From the human T2T-CHM13v2.0 reference genome, Homo sapiens, in NCBI RefSeq assembly GCF_009914755.1, contig NC_060947.1: DNA of 64,000 nt. One strand, written 5' to 3'. A program made the position numbers and the translations under genes. Positions 51,991 through 64,000 of the stretch are shown here, piece by piece. A model generated the notes under the pieces. That model did not search any database and had not been told where the DNA came from. It saw only the letters and a list, made by a program, of their open reading frames with translations. Numbering within the stretch: the stretch's first letter is position 1; each line of letters starts with the position of its first letter.

Positions 51991-52313
51991 AAAGTTTAAA
52001 TGTAGGAGAGTGGGCCAACATCAGAGAGAAGGCACTGTAAGAACGTGGAGAAAAGGGAAAAGAAATCAGAAATCATGTCTCCTCATTTATTCACTTCTAA
52101 TTTTTTATTCAATTCATTCATTTTCCTTCAAACACAGTTATAATAAATATTGATCTTCTAAATATTCCCATGGCCCTGTATTTAAGAAGTTGAGAAGTTA
52201 AATTTACCTTCCAAATCTGCTTATTGAACTTATAAAAACATTTTCCTACAGTTTCTTAGTGGAAATTTTATTGCCCCTTAAGATTTTTATAGCAAACAAT
52301 AGAACTATGAGCA

Positions 52314-53022
52314 ACTTCCTCTTCTAGCCAAGATGGAATACCAGGGAGAAGATTTATCCTCCCGTCTTAAGCAACTAAAAAACTGGACAAAATATATGAA
52401 AAAAAAAAGTTTTCAAGACATTCGACATTAAGCAATAAAGACAATGATTCCTGAGAAACAGGAAACAAAGTAGTTAAGCCCTACACTTGCACCAGTTTAC
52501 TGCCTGGAGGGAGTGTCCAGGTCATAGTGCAGGGACGGGGAACTCAGAGGGGGCCCAGAAGACTCCTTGAGTTGCAGAAATAGAGTTGAGAATCTGAAGG
52601 AGACCAAGGCAACTAGACTTGGCAGTGTAGAGAGAAGAGAAAAAATTCAGGATTGCTGTGGAGGTCCCCCTCGAGTATTCAGCAGAGTACTAATTAGCAC
52701 ATGCATCTGAGGAAACTATACAAGCATAGGGAAAGAACCACATGAAAGCTTTAGCGGGAACAATATCCAGTGCTCACACAGAACCAGGAATAGTAAATGA
52801 TACTTGTTCCTCCCAGCCTGGGAATAGGTGGGATGAGGGTTGGGAGAAAGAAATTATAAAAGGGCAGGAAGAAACTTTTAGAGGTGATGGATCTGTCCAT
52901 TTTCTTGATTGTGAAGATGGCTTCACAGGTATATATACACATGTGAATACTTATCAACTTGTACATTCTCAATCTGTATGGCATATATTATAGCAATTAC
53001 ACCTCAATAAAGGTATTAAAAA
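52314..53022 (+). mobile_element. Old L1M: 5'-end-like segment joined directly to a 3'-end segment
   Basis: ACTTCCTCTTCTAGCCAAGATGGA...AAACTGGACAAAATATATGAAA (5' type), then GAAACTTTTAGAGGTGATGGA...TTACACCTCAATAAAG (3' type). Confidence 0.65.
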
Positions 53023-53244
53023 TACAGTGATTATAAGGCAATAGTACAGAGTTTCTATAAATGATACTTTTCTGTTTTGCTTTGAATCAATGGTTCATGA
53101 TAAATAGTTCACATAGATAAATATCCATTCATTGATTTTAAAAGTGTTTGATCCAAATGCAAATAACTACAATTTACAAAAATATCAAAGAGCTAACAAA
53201 AAAGAAAAATAAAGAAATCACATAGCTAAGTTAAACATGGGCAG

Positions 53245-53569
53245 TGTCCTAGTTTGTTAAGGTTGCTATAACTAAACGCAATAAACTGGGTGGCTTATAA
53301 ACAATACACAATGATTTCTCACAGTTCTGGAGTCTGGGAAGTGCAAGACCAAGGCACTGGCAAATTCAGTATCTGGTGAGGGCCCATTCCTCATAGATGG
53401 AGGCTTCTCACTGTGTCCTCACATGGGGAAGAGGCAAGTGAGCTCTTTGGGATCCCTTTCATAAGGGCATCAATCCAAATCATGACCTAATTACCACCCA
53501 AATGTCCCGCCTTTTAAGGCTACCACCTTGGGGGGTATTTGTGGGAACATAAGCATTCAGTTCATTGTA
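53245..53569 (-). mobile_element. MLT1A-like solo LTR
   Basis: TGTCCTAGTTTG...AAACTGGGTGGCTTATAAACAA...TTTCTCACAGTTCTGGAG...CATTCAGTTCATTGTA. Confidence 0.85.
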
Positions 53570-54631
53570 GGCGTGAGGTGAGACAAGAATTATCTGGAAA
53601 GAGAATGGAAGTTGGGCTGTTTCTGTCCCAGAAAGAACCTTAGGTAGGGGGAGTTACTCCTCTACAAGCTCCTCTCAGCCTGTGGGAATGGGCAAGGCCT
53701 AAAATCTGACTCAAGCTAAGTAATCTCTGAAAAGAAAATCTCAGCTTATTTCACAGATTTTCTCTTTTATGTAAATGGCTAGCCCAATTTTACAGACAAG
53801 CAGATAGAGAAGCTTGGCTAATTCTCCAAATCACAACTGGGGTTGGAAAATGGGAGAAATTAAAACTGCATGAATATCCAATTTAATTGGGTGGGTGAAG
53901 TACTGGGACTCATCTGAAACTGCCTTGCCTTGGAATGAGCAGGTGCTTACCAGAGTGGAGGAGGGTCAACAAACACATCTAAAAGACAAAGACTGCATCA
54001 GAATTAGTGGTGAGTATATTGACAAACATTTTTTGGCTGACAGAGTCATGAGGCAGCACTTGGAATCAAGTGAAACATAGCGGGAATTACTACAATTTTC
54101 CTAATGGCATCAACAGATTCTATAGTCACTTCTGGCTGGGGGAGGGAGAAAGAGGTGTGTATGTGGTTGGCTTCTAAGAGCAGGGTATGTTTTCATTCAC
54201 TGTTCTCGTATGATGTTTTTCCACACCAGGCTCACAGCCCTTTACAATACCAAGGCTCTATTCCTTTGTGTTTTTTGAAAAAACAGTGTGGAAAGAGTTT
54301 ATTCTGATTCTTCCTGTTCCTTCATTCAGTACCCACTAAGTATTTGGCCTTCCTTGGGCTGCTCTTAGAAGCCTAACCACAGGCATAGATACCAGATGAA
54401 GGATGGTATTTGCCTGTGAGAAACAGTGTGGCTAGAAATAAAGAATAATTTTTAGAAATTCTCTAGACTTCAATATTGCTTCATTTGCTTTCTTTTCTTA
54501 AATAATAATCAGAAATAATTATATATTGGGGAATGTCATACAGAAAAGGTTGGTAAAAATTGGAGATGGTCAATTTGAATAATTTATTCAACATTTATTG
54601 AAGCCTGATATGTAAAAAGCTGTGCTTAGCC

Positions 54632-55081
54632 CTTAATTGCAAAGCCTGAAACTATGGAACTACGAAAAAAAAGTGGGAAATGCTTAATGACATGGATATA
54701 GACAATGGTTTTTTGGATAAGACCTCAAAAGCACAGGCAACAAAAGCAAAATTGGACAAAAGGGACTATATTAAACCAAAAAGCTTCTTCACAGCAAAGG
54801 AAACAATCAGCAGAGTGAACAAACAACCTATAAAATGGGAAAGGATACTGGCAAACTATACAAACTACATGGGTTAATGTCCAAAATATGTAAGGAACTC
54901 AACTTAAAAGCAAGAAAACAAATAACCCTATTAAAAATGGGCAAAATACCTGAATAGACACTCTGTAAAGAAGATATACAAGGGGCCAACAGGTATATAA
55001 AAAATGCTCCACATTACTAAACATCAGTGAAATGCAAATCAAAACCACAATGAGATATCACCTTATACCTGTTAGAATGAC
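54632..55081 (+). mobile_element. L1 ORF2 segment with no poly(A) or TSD; inverted copy of 59723-60173
   Basis: ORF remnant MLNDMDIDNGFLDKTSKAQATKAKLDK; about 92% identical by manual count to the reverse complement of 59723-60173, including shared unusual variants. Confidence 0.88.
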
Positions 55082-55354
55082 CCAGGCCTTGCTTTCAAGA
55101 AGTCAGCAGCCTGTTAGAGTAGAAATTACCAGCAGACAAATGGCTAGAACAAAAAACAGTAAAAGCAGAGACCTAAGATTGGGTTAGCATATTCTGAGTT
55201 TTCCTCAAGTCCTGCAGGCCACATGCAAATTACTTTCTAGTGGACACTAGTGCCACCATAACAGATAGCCAAAGTCACAAAATGCCTTCAAGACGTGTAT
55301 GTGGAAGAACACAGAGCAGGCCAGGTTGGTGGGATCCCGCTGCTGATAGGAGGT

Positions 55355-56005
55355 TGTGGTAGATTATTAAAAATGTCTTCCCATGAGTCATGTCTTCCTG
55401 TATCCATGCCCTTTTGCAATGTGCTCCTTCCTTGATGTGCTTCTCCCATCAAGAAGTGGCATTTCTTTCCCCTCCCTTTGAATATGGGCTGATCTTATGA
55501 CTTTCTTTTATCAATGGAATGGTCAACTTTACGTCCCATGAGCAGGATTTGTTCGACATAATGAGTACTTCCTGAATCCAGGTCTTTCTGAATCTAGGAA
55601 AAAAAACATTTTCTCAGCCCTTCAATCCCTTTACAGTGTTACTTCTTTTGCTATACTTCATTGTCAAACATTTGTTGTCTCTCTCACATCCAGATAGGGC
55701 CTTGTGGTTAGTTCTCATTACTAGAGTGTGTGGAAGTGATGTGTCACTTTGAGGCAGTTAAGAGGTGGTGAGCCTTCTCTATGTTCTCTCTACCTACCCT
55801 CTCTGTAAGCAGATATCCCCAGATGACTATGAATCCATGTGAAGATAGTGGAGCCCCAGTGAAAGGAGTTTGATGCCTGACTTATTGCCTGGAGCAGAGT
55901 CTCCACTGTCAGCTGGTATTACATAGTGATGTAAGGGAGAAATAAAAATTTATTATATCAAGTCACTGACATATGGGGATTGTTTGTAACAGCAGATCAT
56001 ATAAC
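55355..56005 (+). mobile_element. MLT1-type LTR fragments
   Basis: TGTATCCATGCCCTTTTGCAATGTG...CCCATCAAGAAGTGG; GGAAGTGATGTGTCACTT...GAGAAATAAA...GGGGATTGTTTGTAACAGCAG. Confidence 0.6.
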
Positions 56006-56240
56006 CACTCGTGTTGGTAAATGTTTACCAACTGGATGTTCAAATGAAACAAAATAAAACAAAACACAAAACTCCTATTTGTAGTGTTTGCTGATTTCTG
56101 TGATGTAAATACTACCACCATGGCTGTTTTCAAGCTACCAAAGTGATCATTTATTCAACATTTACTGAACTTGGAGTTGGAAAGAGATGCTAATCAGTGG
56201 CTCTTGTGAACCTGTACAAACCTGCCTCAGCATACCATTG
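56005..56240 (-). mobile_element. MER63A-like (hAT-Blackjack) element
   Basis: GTGTTGGTAAATGTTTACCAACTGG...TGTAAATACTACCACCATGGCTG...CAAGCTACCAA...CAGCATACCATTG. Confidence 0.65.
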
Positions 56241-56639
56241 TGTATAACTTACCTTAACTAATTTACTCTGCCGTCTTCAACACTGGCTGGGTTTGGTGAG
56301 AATCTAACTAGTCTGTCACATGGAGCCACCAGACTGGATAAAGCTTGGATCACACCGTCATCCTGCCAACACTTGCTAACTGCATTGGACTGTGACCTAA
56401 GTGTGTAGTTATTGAGATTTTGGGATTGTTTGTTAAAGGAAATGCAACGCCTCCTTAGCATCTGACACTGTGCCTTGCACATGGCAGGCATTAATAAATG
56501 TCTGCAGAATTGAATTCTCAAAGCAAGTTCTTTACAAAATTTGGGTAGTATTCAAACCTCATATTCATTGGTTGGTATTGCTCTTAAGAATGTAGACTAG
56601 GAATGTTCAGAGTCCAGTTAAGCCTCTTCTGAAGCTAAA

Positions 56640-56832
56640 ATATATATACGTATACATATACATATACATATATATGCATATGCATATATATACACATATA
56701 TATGCATATGCATATATATACACATATATATGCATATGCATATATATACACATATATATGCATATGCATATATATACACATATATATGCATATGCATATA
56801 TATACACATATATATGTGTGCGTGTGTGTATA
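56640..56832. repeat. 28-bp minisatellite (5 copies) within an alternating purine/pyrimidine tract
   Basis: Unit CATATATATGCATATGCATATATATACA; GCATATGC recurs at 56676, 56704, 56732, 56760 and 56788. Confidence 0.95.
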
Positions 56833-57161
56833 ATTTTTTCTTCACATTTATTGTGTGCTAAAAAATAATTCAAAATTAGAGCTTCACTGCCATATTGGTT
56901 TGATACATTCATGCTATAGCTTATATCCTTTAAAGTTGTTTTGCCAAAAGCAGATACATATCTTGGCTTACTAGCTGGGATTCAGTGCCCTCATCTGTAA
57001 AATGAGGGAGATTATCTATTACTATAAATTGCTGGCATCTCTGGACCTATAAGAGTTTGAGAAGGCAGTATGCTTTAAAAGAAACTTATAAAATATGTTT
57101 AAGACTTCAATTTTTTTAGTTTCTTCCCAGCTATGAGTTTGTTTGGAAAATAGGACCTTAA

Positions 57162-57545
<384 letters not shown>

Positions 57546-57605
57546 TAAAGCCATAAATCTTCCAGCGAATGGCATCAGGATTTAATTTTTTTTTATTCCA
57601 TTTTT

Positions 57606-57917
<312 letters not shown>

Positions 57918-58379
57918 TCATTCAGGTCTTTTCTTAATATGATATACAACTTTGGAAACGCACACCATCAACTGGGATATATATGTTACAGGTTAAACAT
58001 TTTCTTCAATTCTATGTTTAGTCTTGGAACTAATTAAAATGTGAATAGTGATTAATCATAGGCCATGTGTGGATCAGGCACTGAAAAGGCGGGTAAGAAT
58101 ATTTCTACAAGAGATGAAGTATAAGCCCAAACGGTAACTTTGGCCAAGAGCCATGTGAGCCACATAACAGGCATTAAGAAGTTACAAAAACTCCTCTTAT
58201 AGAGCAGCAGAAAAATGTAGTTTGTGCAGTGTTTTAAAAAATGTCATCTTGAAATTTGAGTCTGGGCTTGTTCTCTTTAAAAATTTGAAAAACATGGATT
58301 TGAGAGGGTTTTCTTACATTTCTGATTCAGTCTCTTAAAACATATAATACTAGTTGTTAAAAAAAAAAGAATTATATTA

Positions 58380-58699
<320 letters not shown>

Positions 58700-58839
58700 T
58701 TAGTAACAGCCATCCTGTAGAAAAGAACAACATGGGAATGAACTTTGCTTATTCCTTAATGTGAGAGCACAGACTTAGACTGAACTCCTTGAATCTGAGC
58801 TGAGCGTTCAAATGAGAAAAATCCAATTTGCAAAAAGTA

Positions 58840-59030
58840 TGGTCACAGAGCTGTGCAACCATCACCATAATCATTTTTAGAACATTTTCATTATCTAATA
58901 AAGAAGCTCCATAACTATTAGTAGTCATTCCCCATTTCTCTTCACTCCGTTCTATCCTCTCCCCTCCAACCCCTAACCCCAGGCAGTCACTTGTCTAGTT
59001 TCCATTTCTATATATTTGTCCATTCTGTAC
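58840..59030 (-). mobile_element. L1MB-like 3' end fragment
   Basis: CACAGAGCTGTGCAACCATCACCATAATCATTTTTAGAACATTTTCAT...CCCAGGCAGTCACT. Confidence 0.75.
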
Positions 59031-59257
59031 AATTTTTTTACTCCTCCTGTCTGTGATTGTATATCCTTTGACCAACAATTCCCCCTACCCAGCAATCACC
59101 GAAGCCCCTGGTAACCACCATTCTACTCTCCTCTTCTGTGAGATCAGCTTTATTAGATGCCACATATGAGTGAGATCATGCAGTATTTATCTTCCTGTGC
59201 TTGGCTTATTTTACTTACATTATGTCTTCCAGTTTCATTCATGTTGTCACAAAAGGC

Positions 59258-59415
59258 ATGTGTGCATGTGTGTGTGTGTATATATGTATATATAGACACA
59301 TATATGTAGATATGTATATACATGTATGTGTATATGTATATACACATACATGTAGATATGTATATACACAGATATGTGTATATGCATATATGTGTACATA
59401 TGTACATATACATAT
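59258..59415. repeat. (TA/TG/CA)n compound microsatellite inside the L1
   Basis: ATGTGTGCATGTGTGTGTGTGTATATATGTATATATAGACAC... Confidence 0.9.
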
Positions 59416-60198
59416 TTCACTCTTTTAATCCACTTATCTGTTGATGGGCACTTAGGGTGATTCCACGTCTTGGCTATTGTGAATGGTGGTAAACATGGGA
59501 GTGGAGATGTCTTTTTGACATACTGATATTATTTACTTAAGATATATACCCAGTGGTGGGATTGCTGGATCATATGGTAGTTCTCTTTTTAGTTTTTTGA
59601 GGAGCCTCAATGCTGTTTCTCATCAAGGCTGTACTAATTTACATTCACACCAACAGTGTGTAAGAGTTACTTTTTCTCCACATCCACACCAACACTTTTT
59701 GATAATAGTCTTTTTGATAATAGTCATTCTAACAGGTATGAAGCGATATCTCATTGTGGTTTTGATTTGCGTTTCACTAATGATTAGCAATGTTGAGCAT
59801 TTTTTATATACCTGTTGGCCCCTTGTATATCTTCTTTACAGAGTCTCTATTCAGGTATTTTGCCAATCTTTAATAGTGTTATTTGTTGTCTTGCTTTTGA
59901 GTTGAGTTCCTTACATATTTTGGACATTAACCCCCGTAGTTTGTATAGTTTGCCAGTATCCTTTCCCATTCTGTAGGTTATATCTTCACGCTGCTGATTG
60001 TTTCTTTTGTTATGAAGAAGCTTTTTAGTTTAATATAGTTCCATTTGTCCAATTTTGCTTTTGTTGCCTGTGCTTTTGAGGTCTTATCCAAAAAATCATT
60101 GTCTATATCCATGTCATGAAGGATTTCCCCTGTTTATTTTAGTAGTTCCATAGTTTCAGGTTTTGCAGTTAAGTCTAATCCATTTTGTGTTTATTTCT

Positions 60199-60752
60199 TT
60201 ACTTTTTTTTCTTTTTTATTTCAACTCTTATTTTAGATACGGGGGTACATGTGCAGATTTGTTACATGGGAATATTGCGTGATGCTGAGGTGTGGAGTAC
60301 AGATCCCATCACCCAGGTAGTAAGCATAGTATCCAATAGATAGTTTTTAAACCCACCTCCTCCCTCCACCCTCTAATAGTCCACAGTGTTTATTGTTCCC
60401 ACATTTATGTCCATGTGCACTCAATGTTTAGCTCTCACTTATAAGTGACAAAATGCAATATTTGGTGTTCTGTTCCTGCATTAATTTGCTTAGGATTATG
60501 GCCTGCAGCTCTATGCATGTTGCTGTAATGAACATGATTTCATTCTTTTTTATGGCTGCATAGACCCCACAATCCCAGTACTGTGTATATACCGCCCACC
60601 CAAAAAATCATTCTACCAAAAAGACACATGCACTCATGTGTTCATTATTGTACTATTCATTATAGCAAAGACATGGAATCAACCCAGGTGCCCATCAGTG
60701 GTAGACTGGATAAAGAAAATGTGGTACATATACACCATGAAATAATATGCAG
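60199..60752 (-). mobile_element. L1PA15/16-like 3' end with a 5' inversion (minus 60199-60563, plus 60564-60752)
   Basis: Poly(T) plus the reverse complement of a 3'UTR; inverted ORF2-end piece; 19-bp TSD CCATTTTG(T/A)GTT(T/G)ATTTCT at 60180-60198 and 60753-60771. Confidence 0.88.
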
Positions 60753-61910
60753 CCATTTTGAGTTGATTTCTGCATATGATGAGAAATAAAGACCTAATAA
60801 CATTGTTTTGCATGTGAATATCCAGTTTTCCAAACACATTTATTGAAAAGACTGTCCTTTCCCCAGTGTGTATTCTTGACACTTTTGTCAAATATCAGTT
60901 GGCTATAAATGTGTAAATTTTTTCATGGGCTCTCTATTCTGGTTCGTTTGGTCAATGTGTCTATTTTTTATGCCAGTACCAAGCTGTTTTGGTTATTATA
61001 GCATTATAGTATATTTTGAAGTCAGGTAGTGTGATACCTCCAGTTTTGTTCTTTTTGTTCAAGATTGCTTTGGCTATTTGGGATGTTTTGTGGTTCCATA
61101 CAACAAAAGCCATATGATCATTTCGAGAGATGCAGAAAAAGCATTTGACGAAATTCAACACCCTTTCATAAAAAAAACTCTCAACCAATTAGGTAAAGAA
61201 GAAATATACCTCAACATAATAATGACCTTATTTGACAAACCCATAGTGAACATCATATTGAACTGGAAAAAGTTGAAAGCTTTTCCTCCAAGATCTGGAA
61301 CAAGATAAGGACTCCCATTTTCACCACTTCTATTCAACGTAGTCCTGGAAATCCTAACCAGAGAAATTAGGCCAGAGAAAGAAATAAAACGCATCCAAGT
61401 TGGAAAGGAGGAAGTGAAACTATTCCTGTTTGCAGATGACATGATCTTATAATAAATAGAAAACCCTAAAGATTCCACCAAAAAAAAAACTGTTACAACT
61501 AATGAATGAATTCAATAAAATTGCAGAATACAAAATCAACATTAATAATATTAGATTAATAGATAGCATATATCTGAATATATATACAGAGAGAGAGAGC
61601 AGCCTATCTGAAAAAGAAATCAAGAAAACAATTCCATTTACAATAGCTACAAAAAAATGAAATATCTAGGAGTAAATTTAACCAAGAAGGTTAAATATTT
61701 CTACAATGAAAACTTTAAAATACTGATGAAAGAAATTGAAAAGTACACAAATAAATGGAAAGATATCCCATGCTCATTGATTGGAAGAATTAATATTGTT
61801 AATTAATTAATATTGTTAATATTGTTAAAATTGTTAAAATGTCTATACTAGCCAAAGCAGATTCAATGTAATCTTTATCAAAATAGTAAGGATATTCTTT
61901 ACAGAAATAG

Positions 61911-62226
<316 letters not shown>

Positions 62227-63449
62227 TTTAGGTCTTTTTGAACTCACTTATATTTGCCATTTAGATGCTAAAAAAAAAAAAAAAAGTTCTCCAAAAGTAG
62301 GCTGTACCAATCGCTGTAGCCCTTGTAGCACCTTCTATAAGACCACATGAAGGTCTCCAGCACCTTATGACATTTTTTGAAGCTTCTATAACTAGACCAA
62401 CCCATACTAAACAGAGTCCTACTGTGCTCCATTACATAAAACTAAAATGTATTCCTGGGAGAAAGACCATTTGGCAGGATGTTAAGTGTGAAGGCACACT
62501 CTTTAAAATTGAAAGTTTCTGCATCACTTACATGGGTCAATAATTGCTTAGGACTAAAAAACTGTGATGTCACAGGTAAAATTAATGGTTGCAAGAGCAA
62601 TAAATGGCTTCTATACCAAGATTCCTCTGGACATCAACATTGCCATATTCCATCAACACCAAGTCACACATTTGGGAAATTGTTTTAAAATTTAATGCCA
62701 GATGATCCTTTGACCAAAAACAAGATCGGAGCCACCCCAGGAAAAAAAAAAAAAGATATTGTATTAAAACTGTGCGTGGACTAACGGGGAAATAGGCTTT
62801 CCAGGACACTGAGAAGAAGGATACAGAGATTATCCAGGGACTTCTGGGCACTCACTCTGTTTTATCCTTTAAATAAGCATAAATCTTGCTGACACTGAGT
62901 TTAGCTAAAGAATCATTAGCCCATTTACCCTCTAGATTGTCTTTAATGTTCCAGAATATCTAAATATCTGGATATATCTAAATCCAATATATCTAAATAT
63001 TGTCTTCTAAGGGCAAACATTATCTGTGTAAATGCTTCCTCGATGGTACTGTGACATAGTCAAAAAATGAATTCCTCAGATCAAAAAAAACAAAAGAAAA
63101 ACCCAACTTTGCATGTTAAATGTTAATGGAAGCTTCCAAGAGATGCTAGCACAGGCAGTGTAAAGGCAGCTACCTTGTTTCCAAGAAGATTCTACATTCC
63201 TGCCTAAATAAACCAGGAGTTTAATCTAACCTATGTGTGCATGTATGGTTTCTTCCTACAGCTGCACTGGATTCTGCAACTGTCATTTATAACATTATGT
63301 GGGTATCATGAATGAGGTTTAACACTTAAATATATGGCTACATTGAGGTGAAAGAGGGACGGCAGGAACAATGGGAGGAAACAAGTGCATTAGAAAACAC
63401 ATGAATATTATCATGAATTTAAGTTAAAAGGAGAGCACTGTTCTGAATA

Positions 63450-63960
63450 ACAATGACCAACTGAACAAACACATTTACATCTGTCATAGAGTCACAAGAA
63501 CAAAGAGAAGAGAGAGAAGACAACAGTAATAAATTTATGGAAGCCAGAAAACAGATGGATAGATGGTAACTGACCTAAAAGGCTCAACTCAGCTGAATTC
63601 TAAGCCAGCAGCAGGAAAACCAGAAACAACCCAGTTTGCATCTCAGAACTTTTTCCTAACAGCTTAGGAATTGGTGGCAGCTGTAGAAATGCTGGTTAAA
63701 GTAAGGCTAAAAACAGGAGATTTCACTGAAAATCTGTTTAAGAAGAATTGGGGTCCCAAAGTGCTTCCTCCACTCAAAGCAGTCGAGAATGATCCTACTT
63801 CATCCTAACAGGAGACTGAAGGTTTATTTCTTGAAGCGAATGCGGACAGTGGGTCTTTGGACTAAGGTACACCAGGCACAGTTGATTATAGAGAGGGGGA
63901 CATTTGCCTATTAAATGTTGGCACAGTCAGCTTTCTCATCTCTTTCAGTTTCCCAAATGC
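63450..63960 (+). mobile_element. Possible ancient L1M/HAL1-type 5' region fragment
   Basis: AAATTTATGGAAGCCAGAAAACAGATGGATAGATGGTAACTGACCT...GGAGACTGAAGGTTTATTTCT resembles old L1 5' sequences as recalled. Confidence 0.4.
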
Positions 63961-64000
63961 TCATAAGCTATTGTAAAGGTCTTCATTTTGGAACCTGACC

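Noticed and set aside
56667-56816. Regularly spaced palindromic repeats resembling a CRISPR array
   Set aside because: The spacers are an invariant 4 bp, there are no cas genes and the DNA is primate. It is a minisatellite.
61788-61842. Repeated TTAATATTGTTAA words inside L1 ORF2
   Set aside because: Ordinary slippage expansion of an AT-rich L1 motif.

Overview
Primate (human-like) genomic DNA with no recognisable protein-coding gene. The window is intergenic or intronic and dominated by transposable elements: two LTR12/ERV9 LTRs, MaLR LTRs (MST, MLT1), one near-full-length old L1PA, many truncated L1s, about 13 Alus, L2/MIR, and hAT/Tigger DNA-transposon fossils. The ORFs in the track are mostly L1 ORF1/ORF2 remnants, Alu, LTR, microsatellite or apparently chance frames. 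The most striking structure is a pair of old L1 copies in inverted orientation (about 22.9-24.7 kb minus; 26.2-28.1 kb plus). They are only about 87-90% identical over their innermost overlap but almost identical over about 1.25 kb. This suggests gene conversion between inverted repeats and a candidate invertible 2.3 kb cassette that holds an MST LTR. A second notable feature is a 450 bp L1 segment that appears to have been copied at the DNA level, in inverted orientation, from 5 kb away into a broken L2. There are also two nested twin-primed (5'-inverted) L1s, palindromic AT-rich repeats and two candidate splice-flanked exons. Subfamily names come from recalled consensus motifs and identities from manual comparison, so both need confirming with RepeatMasker/Dfam and alignment.
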